NCBI GenBank assembly: GCA_002633005.1
Contig: NMRA01000470.1
Span: 209,274-273,273, forward strand
DNA length: 64,000 nt
Source: Phoronis australis
Lineage: Eukaryota > Animalia > Phoronida
Direction: 5' to 3'
A program made the translations under genes and the position numbers. This document shows, piece by piece, positions 37,247 through 51,407 of the stretch. The notes below the pieces were generated by a model. The model was not told the origin of the DNA, did not search any database, and worked only from the letters and a program-made list of their open reading frames with translations. Numbering within the stretch: the stretch's first letter is position 1; every line of letters starts with the position of its first letter.

Positions 37247-39671
37247 GAAACCTAAGTGTGCCAGTCAAACGTTAATACAGTTTGGATCCTGATATCCTAG
37301 TCATACTGTCAATCACATTTCCCGTTCAATTCATTCATAATACGTCTTTTAGGACTTTTTGAAAAATCTTCGAGTTTGCTCACGTCATAATAATTCTGTT
37401 ATCCATTTCTCTGATTGGCTGATATTTCACTGTGCGCACTTAAGTGTTCCCCCAAGCTTTCAAACACGAAAAAAGTCAGGCGGAACCTGTCTTCTTTAAT
37501 ACATAACACATGTTTGTAATAATAAACCCCTAGCTCAAACGTAACCGCTTTGTTAATCTTGATATAGCTTGAGCGAATTCAGAATTCCAAGATTATTCTG
37601 GTATTCTAAGTTCACACACAACATCTCAACCTACCTACCTACCAAAATAAGCAATCACTTAAAGTAGACCAGTTTCGGAATGTGACCTACTTGATTTGAC
37701 ACAGATATTACATACTGTGAAATATTCATAGGGTCGTGTGACAATACGTGCTGCCAAATGATCAGAGTGTGTACTCTCGTTTGTGTGACAAGCAAAACAA
37801 ACTTTATGCACCCAGTCAGTCAGTGCTGTAAAAACGTTCAAGCGTTCATCTGAAATACAAGGTAAGAATGATATGATTGGTTAAAAAGTGTAAGCCAATC
37901 AAAAGAGGCCAAGAGGATTACTGAATTGAAAGAGTGCAAAAATGGTCGGATTGTGTGAAATAAGTGGTGAGCGGCCATACCCGAGGTGTTCCATGTATTC
38001 TTCTACATGGACTTAATGCTCGAGAAAAAATATTTCTAGTGCCTTAAAATTCTACCAGAAAAGACGAACTCACATTTGTCAGGAAATTCCACGCACCCAN
38101 CCCCCCCCCCCGCCTCCCCGTTGAATGAATACTGTTGGAAACTTCCTTGAAAAAGTCACTCTCCGCAATGTACTTATTTACTTTTTTAATGAAATAAAAG
38201 TGAATAAACAACCCTATGGATTGCAGTGTTTTCACACGTTAGCCTTCCTAGAACATGGCATCCTTTTGTAGAGATCTGTTGCAAACAAGGACCCCTTCGT
38301 AGCTAAACTGGCCGTGAAAACTCACCCATCTGACCTGTGCGTCTACCGGAGAGTACTTTCATACAAGAGTTAGGTCAGGAGTGTGACTTTTTGTGACCAG
38401 TTTCCTAACAAAAGGCTACTTTTTCGACAAAATTTCTTAAAAAGAATTACCTTTGAGATTTCGAAACTCTAAAAAGGGGTTCGTTTCTTTTTAACTGCGT
38501 CAAACTCTACTGACGGTTTTGGGGATATTTGTATGTCTAAAACTTTTGTTACAAAGACGTACTTGTTTTAATATGGCGTGTCTTCTACGATTAACTTTTT
38601 AAAACGGATGGAAAATCCAACATTTAATAATTTCCACGAAAGGGTTAGCTTTTTGGAAACTCGTTGGAATAGACCTCTTTTGATTCCAGTCCGACTCTAA
38701 ATGGGTGAGTATCTTAATTTCCCAGCTGTACCCCCGTCAAAAATATAGTCGAATACACCCGAGTGTACTTCAAGAAACGGAGTAACGGCTAAACTCCGGG
38801 TGTGATCACGCACTTAGCTTGAAGTACATGGCAATATCTCACGGAGATTTCCATATCTAGGGTGTCGCAAACTGGTGGGAGGAGCAAGTACAATTTCCGA
38901 GTGAAAAACTTGTTTGCATAACTCTTATTTACGGCATCCGGTGGCGTTCCAGGGTTTGTCGGCAGAGGGCGGGCCCCCAATCCCAACTCTGGTCCTAAAT
39001 CCGCCTTTGCGTCCCTGAATCTACTTGAACACATGCAGTTTCATAAACGGGTATACGAAACGAATCTGATTTGAATGGAAAGGCACGCAAACTATTAAAA
39101 TGGTGCCACTGACATGCGTATATATGAATGGACATATTCTCCACTACAGCTGAACATGCACTTGTCAAGTACAGATTTCAGCATTCGAATGAATGATTGT
39201 GTGTGACTATAGGCTATAACATTTAACTTGTGATTTTTTGAGAACTGGTATCTTTGTCATGAACTTTGTGTTAACTGATTATCTATGGCATCAGGTCATA
39301 GCTGATAACGTTGAATACTGTTTTAACTAGTCATAAAAACTATACCATAGCGGCGAAAACTGATGACGAAACATCACTGAATACCTATAACAGGAGAAGC
39401 TTTGTATTTTTGATGCGGTCGGATGCAGTTAGACTATAAATCAAAGCCATCTTTGAAATCCATTGTTTTGTTTCTTGTTTAGGTTCTTGTTTTGGGCAAG
39501 AACTAATTTGACTTTTTGCAAAAACAAGACATGTTTGTTTGCTATTTCTATTAAAGGGATGCGGTGAGAAGTACTTGTTTAAGGGAATGAAACAGTGAAT
39601 TCTGTACATTATTCCAACTTCACCCACCAATCACTTTAATTGCCCAATTTAGCAGGACACGCTAGTAACTA

Positions 39672-40056
39672 TTATCTACAGGCCATTTTGAAAACTACAT
39701 TTGTTAAGTTCCGTAAAATAGCTGGGATGCGTTCCGTACGCGCAAGATACTCGCGAGTAAAGCTAGTGTGATCCCATGATTCACTTGTAATACAAGGGAA
39801 TATTTCGCATAGACTTGCGTGATTTCGTTTTCCGATGAGTTTCTCGCGTCTACTAGCGCACCTCAGGGCTGCGTTCGGCATCCACAAGAAACTCACAAAA
39901 ACGCAAGCTCAAGCAAGTCTTTGCAAAATGTACCCGTGCATTACAAGATGCGCGATCATTATTAACTTTATTCGCAAGTATCTTGCGCCAACGGAATGCA
40001 CCCCAAGTCATTTACGGAACTTAACAAATGTAGTTTTCAAAATAGCCAATAGATAA
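39672..40056. mobile_element. Foldback MITE (~190-bp imperfect arms)
   Basis: Perfect 33-bp inverted core attttgaaaactacatttgttaagttccgtaaa near both ends; inverted similarity continues to the centre at ~39865. Confidence 0.8.
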
Positions 40057-41984
40057 CACTACAAGTGCTTATGTAGGAAATTTATCTTAGGAGAATAAAA
40101 ACAAGTAGGGGATCCGGCAACTGCTATGTCCTTAGTGACATTTAAAGCTGGACATCGCTATTGTTTAGCTGTCAATATTGAATGCTTAACCCAAGAGCTT
40201 TGGGATTTACCATGCTCATCTGATTGAGTGAGCCGGCAAGTCACACACAATGAGTAGCCTACGTCGGCAATTTTAGGGTTGGCCAACCCCCAAAAAACTT
40301 TGAAGAAGCGTTTTCTTGAGTTTCCATGTTTTCGACGCTTTTGTTGGTAACAGAAATAGAATCCTATCGTGGTAAGGAATCATAAGAGGTCGGTTTTATG
40401 GCAGTAAAGGTTAGCTAAACAGGGCGAGCTGCAGCTTTAAGATATTTAGAGTAAGTCTGGACAATCATAATAACGGTAATACGTGATAGACGTGACAGTA
40501 GGCCTAATACCAGTGCATATTTGGCACTCATTTGAGATAAGGGCTTGCAATAACGTTTGAAACCGTCCACGTGGGAATTAAAACACATCTACGATTTAAG
40601 ACCAGCGGCCGATTTCTGGCGCCGGGTCGACTCTAATTTTTCTTCCTCATTAAGATATGGGCCAGTCTCAATGAAGACGTTCTTCAGATGTGGCTCACGT
40701 CCCTATCGCGTATCAATTTTCGGTCACTTTGTTAACTTTTCAAGTCGCAGTCGTCAGTATTGTTTTACTGCACAGTCGTGCTAACAAATTTTTCATGTAC
40801 TAGACAGCACATCTGATGTAAGCGAATGTCGTTAGCAGCCCCTTTCCATATGCGTGTGCGTCTTGTCTTATCCGTGTCAGACTGCCACTGAGAGTGTAAA
40901 CATTATGCGTCTCACGAAAGTTAGCGGCTGAAGACAAAAATATCAGCACAATTAAATCTCGTCCACCGAGGACTTCGCAGTTGCCAGTTTCTACCACAAA
41001 ATTTTCAGTTATTCAGTTTTTGCCGATTGCAGTAAGTGAGACCAACTCGGCGGCTGAGACCAGTGCTGTTCAGTAAGTATGTTGACGATTTGGTAAAGGC
41101 AGCCGTAGACATGGCGTGGCAGAATGTGCGCGTGCAAATTGCGATTCGTAAACTGGGGAATTTCCGCCACTGATTGAGTTAAAAAGGGTAAATTGATTTT
41201 TGTGAAAGAGGGCCTATAGCTGCTTTACTTTCGCCCTAGCGCACCTGCTTGTGGCAAAGATCCGTCGTGATTTATATTTTTACGCCTGACAAATGTGATA
41301 GCTAGCTGCCCCAGACATCCGCTAGCTTGGTAATTTTTCACGACCGGTTTCCCTACCAAAGGGAATTTTTCCGATATAATTCACTGTATCAGTGAATAAC
41401 TACAAAACTCTGCAGGAAGTTTTTAATTTTAATATTGTGTGTAATTTTAAAACTTATGGTAAAAAAGCAAATTCCATTCGCAGCAAGTCGTGTTTTCGTG
41501 TGTTGTTTCAGGCTCAATGCTGGCTTAAAACAACTCTTAAAATCTCAACCGAAAAAGTTAGTTTCAATGACTTCGTCCGTACAAAAGGGAGGTGTTACTA
41601 AAACAGAACTCCAAGACATGTTTATTTTTAATGGAAGCGTTCTGTACATGTGAGTCCCTTTTTTATTTCGAGTCCACTCTCTAAATGTGTGTAACTTCTA
41701 ATTCTCCATCTGTGTCTCGTCAAAAATGTAGCGAAGTAACAGCGCGTCCGCCTCTTCAATGCCCAAACCCATTAAAGATTTATCAGGAATTTTAGCTGGC
41801 ACGTAATTATTTTGGATCCCAGCCGACAGTTTTATTTTCAAACTGTATTTCATAGCATGTTAAACTTCAACGGCCATAAAACCGCTCTTCATCGCACAAA
41901 ATCAACTTGTAAAATAGGTCATTTACCTTCATTGAATTGGTCTAAAATTTGTCCTTAGTCAAATCAGAGGCGATTTCAGGTTTT

Positions 41985-42150
41985 CGAAAGAACTGGCAGT
42001 TCGTTATTGCTCGAGTTCAGGCTCTACAAGCTGGCTTGTCACGGCGTGTTAATTGACGTAATGAGCATGGTCTCAACGAATTGTGAGTTCTTTGCAAACG
42101 AGAAGTCATTCTCATTCTCACCTGAGTAAGAAACAAGTTGAGGCCAATGT
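41985..42150 (+). repeat. Dispersed repeat; second copy at ~56713-56855
   Basis: Shared gaaagaactg.cagttcg.tattg, gcttgtcacggcgtg and agttctttgcaaac. Confidence 0.6.
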
Positions 42151-43031
42151 AAGTTATCTAGTCACAAGTGGTTTCTTGTTCGGGAAACAAGTTTATAGGC
42201 GTATTTACTAAAACGCTGAATAGAGTTTAAAGAAACTTTAATGTCAGAAGTGATGAGGTTAGAGTGATTCCCGCTTCTGCATGGTGGTCAAAGTTGTCAG
42301 TATGCCAAAACCGCGGCGGCGGCGGTGGCGGCGGTAACTCCATCTAGCCTTTCTGTCGTATTTTTGCTCATGTTCGAGAAGCAGTATACTCGAGTACGGA
42401 ATTCGAGACACTTTCTTAGAATTGATATTGGAGTAGATCTGAAAATATCACATCAGGGGTCAGTTTCACAGAAATTTCATGTTACCCTTCCACATTCCTG
42501 TTGCTAAAAAGGTTTTGCCGAGTAATTATGAGCGTATCACAATCACTAGAAATAATTTTTAGAAATATTTCAGTAACGAGCAATTAGAATATTCTCTGAG
42601 ACTTTGCGCTTATGCTAAAATGATGTTGAGATGTATTTTTCTAAAATAGTTTTGTGGAGAGCAAGACCAACGTTCTTATAAGTTCCTTTTCATGAAACAG
42701 ACCGCCAATGCCTGGATGTATGAAACAGTCCCAAATACGGACTCATCTAAGTTCCCTAAATCTACTGCGTATTTGTCCTTTCTTATACTGCTTGAGTGTC
42801 ATTACTAAGCCAATTTTTGGCTTTGATACAAATCGAGAGTAAACACTTCGTCGAGTTCTCAGTGTCATTGAAAATAAGTAGGAATCTCTTCATGCACCGC
42901 CCCTATTTCAAGGACTAAGTCCCTAATTATTTTGACTGAATTAAGGGTTCAGTTTGTAGTTATATTATTATAAAATGCCATAAATGGAAGAAGAGCTTAT
43001 AATAACGATCAAAATATCACATCTCTGACAT

Positions 43032-43430
43032 GAACTAAACAAATACGCAAAAGATTTTGGGAACTAAGTTGAATACGCAAAAGATTTAGGAAACTAAGTT
43101 GAATACGTAAAAGATTTAGGGAACTAAGTTGAATACGCAAAAGATTTAGGAAACTAAGTTGAATACGCAAAAGATTTAGGGAACTAAGTTGAATACGCAA
43201 AAGATTTAGGGAACTATGTTGAATACGCAAAAGATCTAGGGAACTAAGTTGAATACGCAAAAGATCTAGGGAACTAAGTTGAATACGTAAGAGATTTAGG
43301 GAACTAAGTTGAATACGCAAAAGATTTAGGGAACTAAGTTGAATACGCAAAAGATTTAGGGAACTAAGTCGAATACGCAAAAGATTTAGGGAACTAAGTT
43401 GAATACGCAAAAGATTTAGGGAACTAAGTT
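43032..43430. repeat. 30-bp minisatellite, ~13 copies
   Basis: Unit gaactaagttgaatacgcaaaagatttagg, head to tail, no spacers. Confidence 0.97.
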
Positions 43431-44233
43431 CACTTCCTAATTGGATTGTTTCATGTTTGTGCCTAGTCTTTTTCTTTTCTCCTAATCTTGAAGGCGCCAT
43501 CTCCTCTCAAGCCATTGGGGGTAGTCATTGCATTCAAAAATGATTGTTAGAACCCCTCTGTTTGAACACGGTTGGCCAACCTTCCCCGTAATTGGTGTAA
43601 AATGCAAGTGGGATAATCTCTCTTTTTTATCATGGCAAGAGAAATATTGAGACTTGTTACGATGTTCATGTTTAGATCGTAAGTAGAAAGGAAATAGCTC
43701 CATCGTGTGCATGAAACAACACGGTTATCTAATTTGAAATAACAGCTGCCAAATGATGAATGATTTTAGCATGCACGACGCCAAATGAAGAATGATTTTG
43801 CATGCACGACAGTCATTAATCTCAAAATTAGTGAGTCCTAAATTAACTGCACTGACTAAGACATGTGTTGTGGACTCTTCATTTCTCCATCAGTAGTGAA
43901 AGTCGTTATTCGTTCTGTTCCCTCTTTAACCGTCTGTGAATCACGTTGACACAATGCGCGAACAATGCTAACAACGAAGTGTAGTATAGCTTGCCCATTG
44001 TAAGTTGGTGGAGAGTTTTTATCAATGTTTGAATGAAAGGGAATGTCATGTTTTGACATTTGGGATCTCTTTTCATTTTCTTGTTCACTGTGTAATCGCA
44101 TTTAACTTCCGTTATTAACAACAGTGTGTCTTTGTTTTTAAATCGTTTACTTTAACCAGACAATCGGAAAATTAGAAAGTGGAAGAACCTTTGTACTACA
44201 ATAGAAATTCTTTATTTAAACAAACGCGTCACT

Positions 44234-44313
44234 GTGTATATGTGTACGTGTGTGCGCGTGTGTGTGTGTGCGCGTGCGCGCGCGCGTGTGTGTTAGCGTG
44301 TGCGTGTGTGTGT
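44234..44313. repeat. (TG)/(CG) microsatellite
   Basis: Direct reading. Confidence 0.9.
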
Positions 44314-45068
44314 GGAAGTTACATCTCTTTTCCTTTTCTTAACCATTTCTTAAACTATGTATTATTATAATCGTTACCATTGAAAAAGAAAATGCAAATT
44401 TGGACTTAGAATTGTTCGTTGGTAATACATCTGATTGCGTTTACACACGACCATTCATTCGGGTGTTTATGCTTGCATATATTTTTATAGATCTATCAGT
44501 TTAGCCATTCGATTTCAATTCTGACATAACGATATTGTTGTATCAAACATGTGTCTCTAATTCTGTAAAAGTGACAGGCCAACTGTCAGAACGAAATGAT
44601 CCGGCACAAGTCCTTTCGTTATAGGCTGCACAACCTTCATTATTGCCTCTTGTTCTCATTTTTGAAACACTATGGGGTATTTTTGTGTTGATATAGCTGT
44701 CTGTTATCAGGCTAGGCCCAAAATGAGCAGATTGTCTGCTCATTTACAGAGTGTGTATTTGTTGTCATTTCTTTCGTCACTGTTTATTATCTACGTCATT
44801 AGCCGTCATTATTGCCATTGGTCACCACATAAGCAAAGCCTGATGTTTATGTATCTCAGTTAAAGAACCTCATTACATATTTTCAGGTCAAAGATTATTC
44901 AACTTTTTGCCGAAGTCTTTTGACAACAGAATCCATAAACATTACCAGCAGTTTCAAACAAAAACACAGGATGCGAAATATGATTCATGTAAAGTTGTGT
45001 GTTAATAGCGGCTAGAATTTTTTATACAAAAGCAGCAAACCTGGATAGGCTTTTACAAAGGCGACATA

Positions 45069-45071
<3 letters not shown>

Positions 45072-45109
<38 letters not shown>
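45072..45109. repeat. (GA)n microsatellite
   Basis: Direct reading. Confidence 0.95.
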
Positions 45110-45112
<3 letters not shown>

Positions 45113-45539
45113 CTCTTTTATTTACAGTACATAATAATGATACATTGATTAAAATTTGATTTCAATTAGGAGGCCTTCTAAAGGTAATTGACCGCTGATA
45201 AGAAGGTCCCCTGTACAAGATAAACAAGTGGAAATGCAAAAATCAGTAGGAATACTTAAGAAAACAGTGAATTAGTGCTGTTCTGAATGATAAATAAAAT
45301 CAATACAATAGTTAGGAAAATGGATGGCGATGAAAGAAAATTCATCCCTAATCATGTTCAAATTTACCTACCCTACAACGCATATCTACCGTGGGGTTCC
45401 CTCAAATTCACCAGAGCAATTACAAAGTGAGGGGGTGCAAGAGGGTCAATTGCTCCCGTTTTCCAACAGATCGAGGAGGAAGAGCCGACGCTCCGTCAGC
45501 ATTCAGTAGGCTTGGAGAGAAAACATGAGCGCAATCCCA

Positions 45540-45800
45540 GTCGACACCCTGTATCACCCTACCCCGGTCGACACCAGTATCATCCTACCCCGGTTCGACA
45601 CCAGTATCACCCTACCCCGGTCACTACAAAGCGGCTGTTACTTTTTTACGGTATGACTTGCCCAAGGTAAATGTAGAAAAATTACAATGACCTTGTTCTT
45701 AAATTTTTATCATAATTATCGTAAAAACAAGCGTGGNCAAAAATTACAATGATCTTGTCCTTAATTTTTTATGACAATTATCGTGAGAACAAGCGTGGAC
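45540..45800. repeat. 26-bp tandem repeat (x3) followed by a ~62-bp tandem duplication
   Basis: gtcgacaccagtatcaccctaccccg x3 (45540-45622); aaaattacaatga..aacaagcgtgg x2 (45677-45798). Confidence 0.85.
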
Positions 45801-47327
45801 AAATGTGCTGAATAGTAGGGGAAGGTTCAGTTAAGCGTGTGACACATCCCTGCCAATCGTTTCTATAATAGATGTATACAGTAGTAGAGACCACGGGCAA
45901 CTGGTCATATCCACCGTGTGATTGGGTGTGATTTCACTTCGTGGTATCAATCACATCAACCTTGGAACCAAGTTACTAGCATCAACGCAGCCACTTGATT
46001 GACAGCACCAGTTGAGCCAATCTTGGTCATCAAGCACCGTGTAGTATAGTAAAGTCCCCAGATTTAGCTGTTGGTGTTGTGTCTGGCCTAGAACCCTTGA
46101 TAAAGATAAAGCGCACACTTTTGTCTGAGTAGACTGTATTGGGAGGGTCTTGACGCCTGTCTCAATTGCTTTAGAAATGCGCATGTGGCATATCCTTGCT
46201 AGTAAAGTTCAGAAATTAGAATGCTCGGTAAAAGCAAACATCTGATTTAAATTCGTCCATGAAAGACAAGCACATTATAACACAATGGCACATCCATGGT
46301 CCATGTGTGGAGTGTGGTTCTCCCGGTATGCAGTAGTTTCGGGAGCGTCTTTGGAATTAAGGGACGAGGCTATATGTACCGCGGGGTTGTTGTTTTGCTG
46401 GTAAGGGATGGAGTTCTGGGGGTCGAACTTGGAATTAAAAGACGCCCCATGGAATCGTTTCAAATCCCTATCTTTTTATCCCCTCGGAAGGAGTTCCCGA
46501 TGATGATCAGTTTCCACTCTTTTAATTGTTTTGTGAAATTATAACCCTTAATCGGACGTCAGTTGTCACTCTTACTATATATCTTTACATTTTGAGGGTC
46601 CCTCCTCCGGAGGAGGTACTCTTGGATGTTGCCCGGGCTGTGTTCCGTGGACGCAGGATAGTTTCGAAAACACAAGATCACGTAAGTCTTCGCGAGATAT
46701 CACCCTGATGCATACAAGCGAAGCCTCTATGTGATCTCACTTGCCTTTCTCACGAGTGTTTTAGTCTACGGAACACAACCCCGGCTCAGTTGCCCTCCTT
46801 TGCCGCACCCCTATTATAAATCCGAAACTGACATCAAACTTCTACAAAAGGAGTGTCGTGCAAAACTAAACAGACAATTTGAATTTCTTTTTTGTAAAAA
46901 CGAATACTTCAACGATTGGCAAACTTATTCATTTCATTTCATGTAGGAGTGCTTTGTTAGATAAATATCGTCTGAACAGTTATCAACTCTGTTAAACATA
47001 ACAGCTCGCTTTTGTGCCTGCCTTAGTTAATTTCTCTGTATCCGGTTTGTCTGGTGATATTTAACAGTTAATTTTATTTTAATTTCTAAAGTAGACACAG
47101 GTCACGAACAGTTTCTTTAAATGTCAACGATTCTCATTATACCTCAGCCTGGTTGATAGTTCTTGCATTGGATGTGTCGTCAAGTTTGTTGTGCTGATCG
47201 AGTGTGGTTTGCAACACTGTACAATTATGAGCACTGTTAGAGCGGGATTTTATCATTGGAAGGAGAAATGTAATGAGCACATATTTTTGGTGTGCACCAG
47301 AAGCAATAAATGAATATTGCTAATATT

Positions 47328-47676
47328 TGTATGTATGTAAGTATGTATATGTGCGCGTGTGCGTGCGCGATTATGTGTGTATGTATGTATGCACAGGTAT
47401 GTGTTCTTGTATACATGCACGTTTACAGGTGTGTAAGCTTGCAGGTATGCGTGCATTTGCGTATGCCTGTATGCGTGTGCGTGTGCAAGAGTGTAAGTCT
47501 TTATGTATGCATTATGTATGTATGTACATGTATGTGTGTCTGTATGCATGTACGTTTGCAGGTGTGTAAGCTAGCATGTGCGCTTGCATTTGTGCATGCA
47601 TGTACATGTATGTGTGTATGTATGAACTAATGTATGCATGCATTATGTATACATACATGTATGTGCGTATTTATGT
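47328..47676. repeat. Degenerate (GTAT)/(TG) simple repeat
   Basis: Direct reading. Confidence 0.9.
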
Positions 47677-47934
47677 CAGTGGCGGATCTAGGATATCACA
47701 AGGGGGGGCCCAACATTTTGACCGGCTGTAAGAATTTGTGTAAACTGAACCACGATTGTAGATGCGCATAGCACCGAATGGGGGGAGGTCGGGAGGGGGG
47801 TTTGCCCCCCTCCCGCACGGGAAATTTTTCTGTTTTTACCTCCAAAAATCAAGCATTTTCCTTGATTCCTGAAGTATTATTCACGAAAAAGGGAAAAAAG
47901 TGGAGAACGTGTCAAACAGGAAAAACTGCAAGTA

Positions 47935-47998
47935 GCAAAGACTCGAACTCACGACCTGGCGATCAGTGCGCGCGTGCGTTGCCACTACGCCATCACGA
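47935..47998 (-). mobile_element. tRNA-derived (SINE-head-like) segment
   Basis: Minus-strand A box TGGCGTAGTGG and B box GAGTTCGAGTC at tRNA-like spacing; no complete cloverleaf or acceptor stem. Confidence 0.5.
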
Positions 47999-48265
47999 TA
48001 TACCTACTATTGTCATACTAAGAGACCTATTTCTTTATGGTCCACAGCGTTTGCGCGCGAAGCCTACTTCTTTTTGTAATGCTTATTATACTTTTATATT
48101 TTGTGCCATCGATTCTTAACAAATTTGTCGTATTTAAAATAGTCTTCAAATGCCAAAAAGACCAAATCCATTTTTCGTGTTGGCAATAATGACGGGATTG
48201 CTTTGGAAATCGTCTTAAGATAAGGTTTGGCAAAGAGAGTATTGCGAGTTTCTGAGTGATTCACT

Positions 48266-48899
48266 NNNNNNNNNNNNNNNNNNNNNNNNNNNNNNNNNNN
48301 NNNNNNNNNNNNNNNNNNNNNNNNNNNNNNNNNNNNNNNNNNNNNNNNNNNNNNNNNNNNNNNNNNNNNNNNNNNNNNNNNNNNNNNNNNNNNNNNNNNN
48401 NNNNNNNNNNNNNNNNNNNNNNNNNNNNNNNNNNNNNNNNNNNNNNNNNNNNNNNNNNNNNNNNNNNNNNNNNNNNNNNNNNNNNNNNNNNNNNNNNNNN
48501 NNNNNNNNNNNNNNNNNNNNNNNNNNNNNNNNNNNNNNNNNNNNNNNNNNNNNNNNNNNNNNNNNNNNNNNNNNNNNNNNNNNNNNNNNNNNNNNNNNNN
48601 NNNNNNNNNNNNNNNNNNNNNNNNNNNNNNNNNNNNNNNNNNNNNNNNNNNNNNNNNNNNNNNNNNNNNNNNNNNNNNNNNNNNNNNNNNNNNNNNNNNN
48701 NNNNNNNNNNNNNNNNNNNNNNNNNNNNNNNNNNNNNNNNNNNNNNNNNNNNNNNNNNNNNNNNNNNNNNNNNNNNNNNNNNNNNNNNNNNNNNNNNNNN
48801 NNNNNNNNNNNNNNNNNNNNNNNNNNNNNNNNNNNNNNNNNNNNNNNNNNNNNNNNNNNNNNNNNNNNNNNNNNNNNNNNNNNNNNNNNNNNNNNNNNN
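48266..48899. other. Assembly gap (N run)
   Basis: 634 N characters. Confidence 1.
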
Positions 48900-51129
48900 T
48901 GGAGTACTTTTCTGACATTTATTCTTGGTACCTTACACTGCAGAATCATTATTTGACGCAAGTTGGAGGCTAGAGGGCAACAGACGGATGTCGTTGAGCT
49001 TGAAATGTAAAAAATAACATTTACTATCTAATCCTCGACAGACTGTCCACAAAATTCCCGTACGAGCTGCGTAAGAAAAGTGTACATAACTTTAAACACG
49101 TTCTTGTGGTTTCCTATTTTATGCATATATTTACGCGTTTCGTACCGGTTTTTATGTTAATTGAATAAAAATCAATATCGGAAGTCGTATGACACTCAAA
49201 CCTCAAATTTTGTATGGAAATGGTTAGCAACATTTCCTTAGATTGTATTTTTTAATTTCCTCGGTGGGAAGTGTGCCTTAATGCCTAATGCGAAACATTT
49301 GTTCCGTCCGCCAGTGCCACTGGCCATATATGGCTAGACGTGTGCTGCTGTTTTTTATGTGTAATTAAATTTGAACTCTGACACTACACTTTGCCTTTGA
49401 TACATTGTATTTGAGAGTACGAAAGTGCCTGGACAGTGTTTCGCAGTCGTTGCAATGACCAACTTTACATTAAATTTGGTTTTCAAACTTCGTTGTTATT
49501 AAAATATGGGAAACATTCAAAATGTCGAACAGGCAAAGTGAAATAACTTTTTGTTTTAGCCAATACTTAATGGCTTAGAATGGTGGTATTGGTGACGGTG
49601 ATGGTGGTGTTGGTGAAGGTGGTGACTGGGGCGGGGTTGGTGTTGGAGAAGGTGAAGGAAGTGGTGGGTTTGGTAGAGGTGGTGGTGGTGACGGTGGGAT
49701 GGTGTTGGAGGTGGCCTTTGGTCAAGGTGCAGGTGGTGGTGTTATGCACATCGCTCGCAACAGTTTAATATATTATTCAAGCCTTTACCCAATGTTACGT
49801 CACTGTTGTAAGTTGAATTTTGTTGACCGTGTAGATACCGGTAAACTGTGGACTTTTTTAAAGTCACGTAGATTCTTGCAAGCTGATTTTCAAGCGACGC
49901 AGCTTGTCAATTCAGCCTTCGTTTTCAAAAGACCACAGACCAAAATCAACTATACTTTTTTGGTCTAACAAGAATCTGCAATTGGGGTTAAAACATATAA
50001 ACCGAAAGTGTCAACTTCATAGTTGCAGGTTGTCAATTTTAAAACTTAAAGGCGACACGAATGTAAGGTAAGGTATGGCATTCCTATAGCAGAGTGCACT
50101 GCATGTTTACCCATGAGTTCATTGACTGAAACGTTGCAACATAGAAGAGGTAAAATTAAACGTGGTTGCATATTAAGCGTTGCCATTTCAAATTCTCGGC
50201 GTGATTGACCATACAGAGATTAACAACTTGCGTCAAGGCAATGCGTGAGGATTGTGGATACAACAGCTTCTGATCATTTAGGACGGTTTGTTCACCTCGA
50301 GACGCTGAATGAGTAGAAGGTAACTTTTCCCGTTTTTATTCAAAAGAACATTATTCCAGACGAATGCGCTTCCGTGATTTTAAATGCCGTTGATTTAGAT
50401 TCTCTTTTGTTCTAAAGGTACTCTTTCTGGTTTTATTCAGTAAAGGCCATAAAAGGAATTTGATCGCAAACTCTTATTTAAAATTTTAACCCAACACGTA
50501 GTCAAAAATAACCAGAATTTTTTATGCGGATTTTTTAAAGTCCTTTTTGAATGTATGGTGTTGCATCAACAAAATGGCCATCACAGTGGAACGGCATCGA
50601 ACTATACTATAAGAATTGCCAGTAAAAGGCGCATACAACATTTGCGAACTGCTCATATACGCGAACAGGCGATGTCTCTTGAGTGATGAAACTCATTCTG
50701 TTCTACACTAAAAGAATATTTAACGCTACGGAATTCCCATTTTTGTAGGAAAGTCTCGAAATTGAATAATGAGTGTACATTCAAGCAGTACCATGTGAGC
50801 CTATGATGTGAAATTGAAACAAGACATTGATAAAAATTGTAGCCACTGTGTATTGGCATTGAGTTTTCAACTGGCCCCAGAACCTAAACCCATGGCTGGC
50901 CCCTGAACTGCTACCGACGGTGTGCCTCAAAAGTTCACGACAGTGCTGAAACGAAAAGAATTAATTGCCAGATTAAGTAACTACAAGTGACAAGTACATT
51001 TTTCTTTGACTCGTGTATTGCCCCTCTAATAGAGGGTAGTGATCATGTAACTCTCTGGATGGACGACCATGCTGTATACTAGCCTTTGGTTATATTTTTA
51101 AATCTATTGTATTTTACCCTCTATAAAAG

Positions 51130-51208
51130 TTTATTATTATTATTATTATTAATATTATTATTATTATTATCATTATTATTATTATCATTATTGTTATTAT
51201 TATTATTA

Positions 51209-51275
<67 letters not shown>

Positions 51276-51327
51276 CATTATTATTATCATTATTGTTATT
51301 ATTATTATTATTATCATTATTATTATC

Positions 51328-51361
<34 letters not shown>

Positions 51362-51407
51362 CCATTATTATTATTATTGTTATTGTTATTATTATTGCTA
51401 TTATTAT
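51130..51407. repeat. (ATT)n microsatellite
   Basis: Direct reading. Confidence 0.97.

Noticed and set aside
43032-43430. CRISPR-like array
   Set aside because: Units are contiguous with no unique spacers, there are no cas genes, and the context is eukaryotic.
46275-46720. GC-richer, coding-looking segment
   Set aside because: No long open frame on either strand and no recognisable motif; cannot be assigned.
47253-47630. Cys/Val/Met-rich ORFs
   Set aside because: Translation of a TG/GTAT simple repeat.
47935-47998. Functional tRNA gene
   Set aside because: A and B boxes only; no acceptor stem or proper anticodon arm, and embedded in repeat sequence.
48094-48961. Long ORFs of 219-274 aa
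   Set aside because: Artefact of the N gap.
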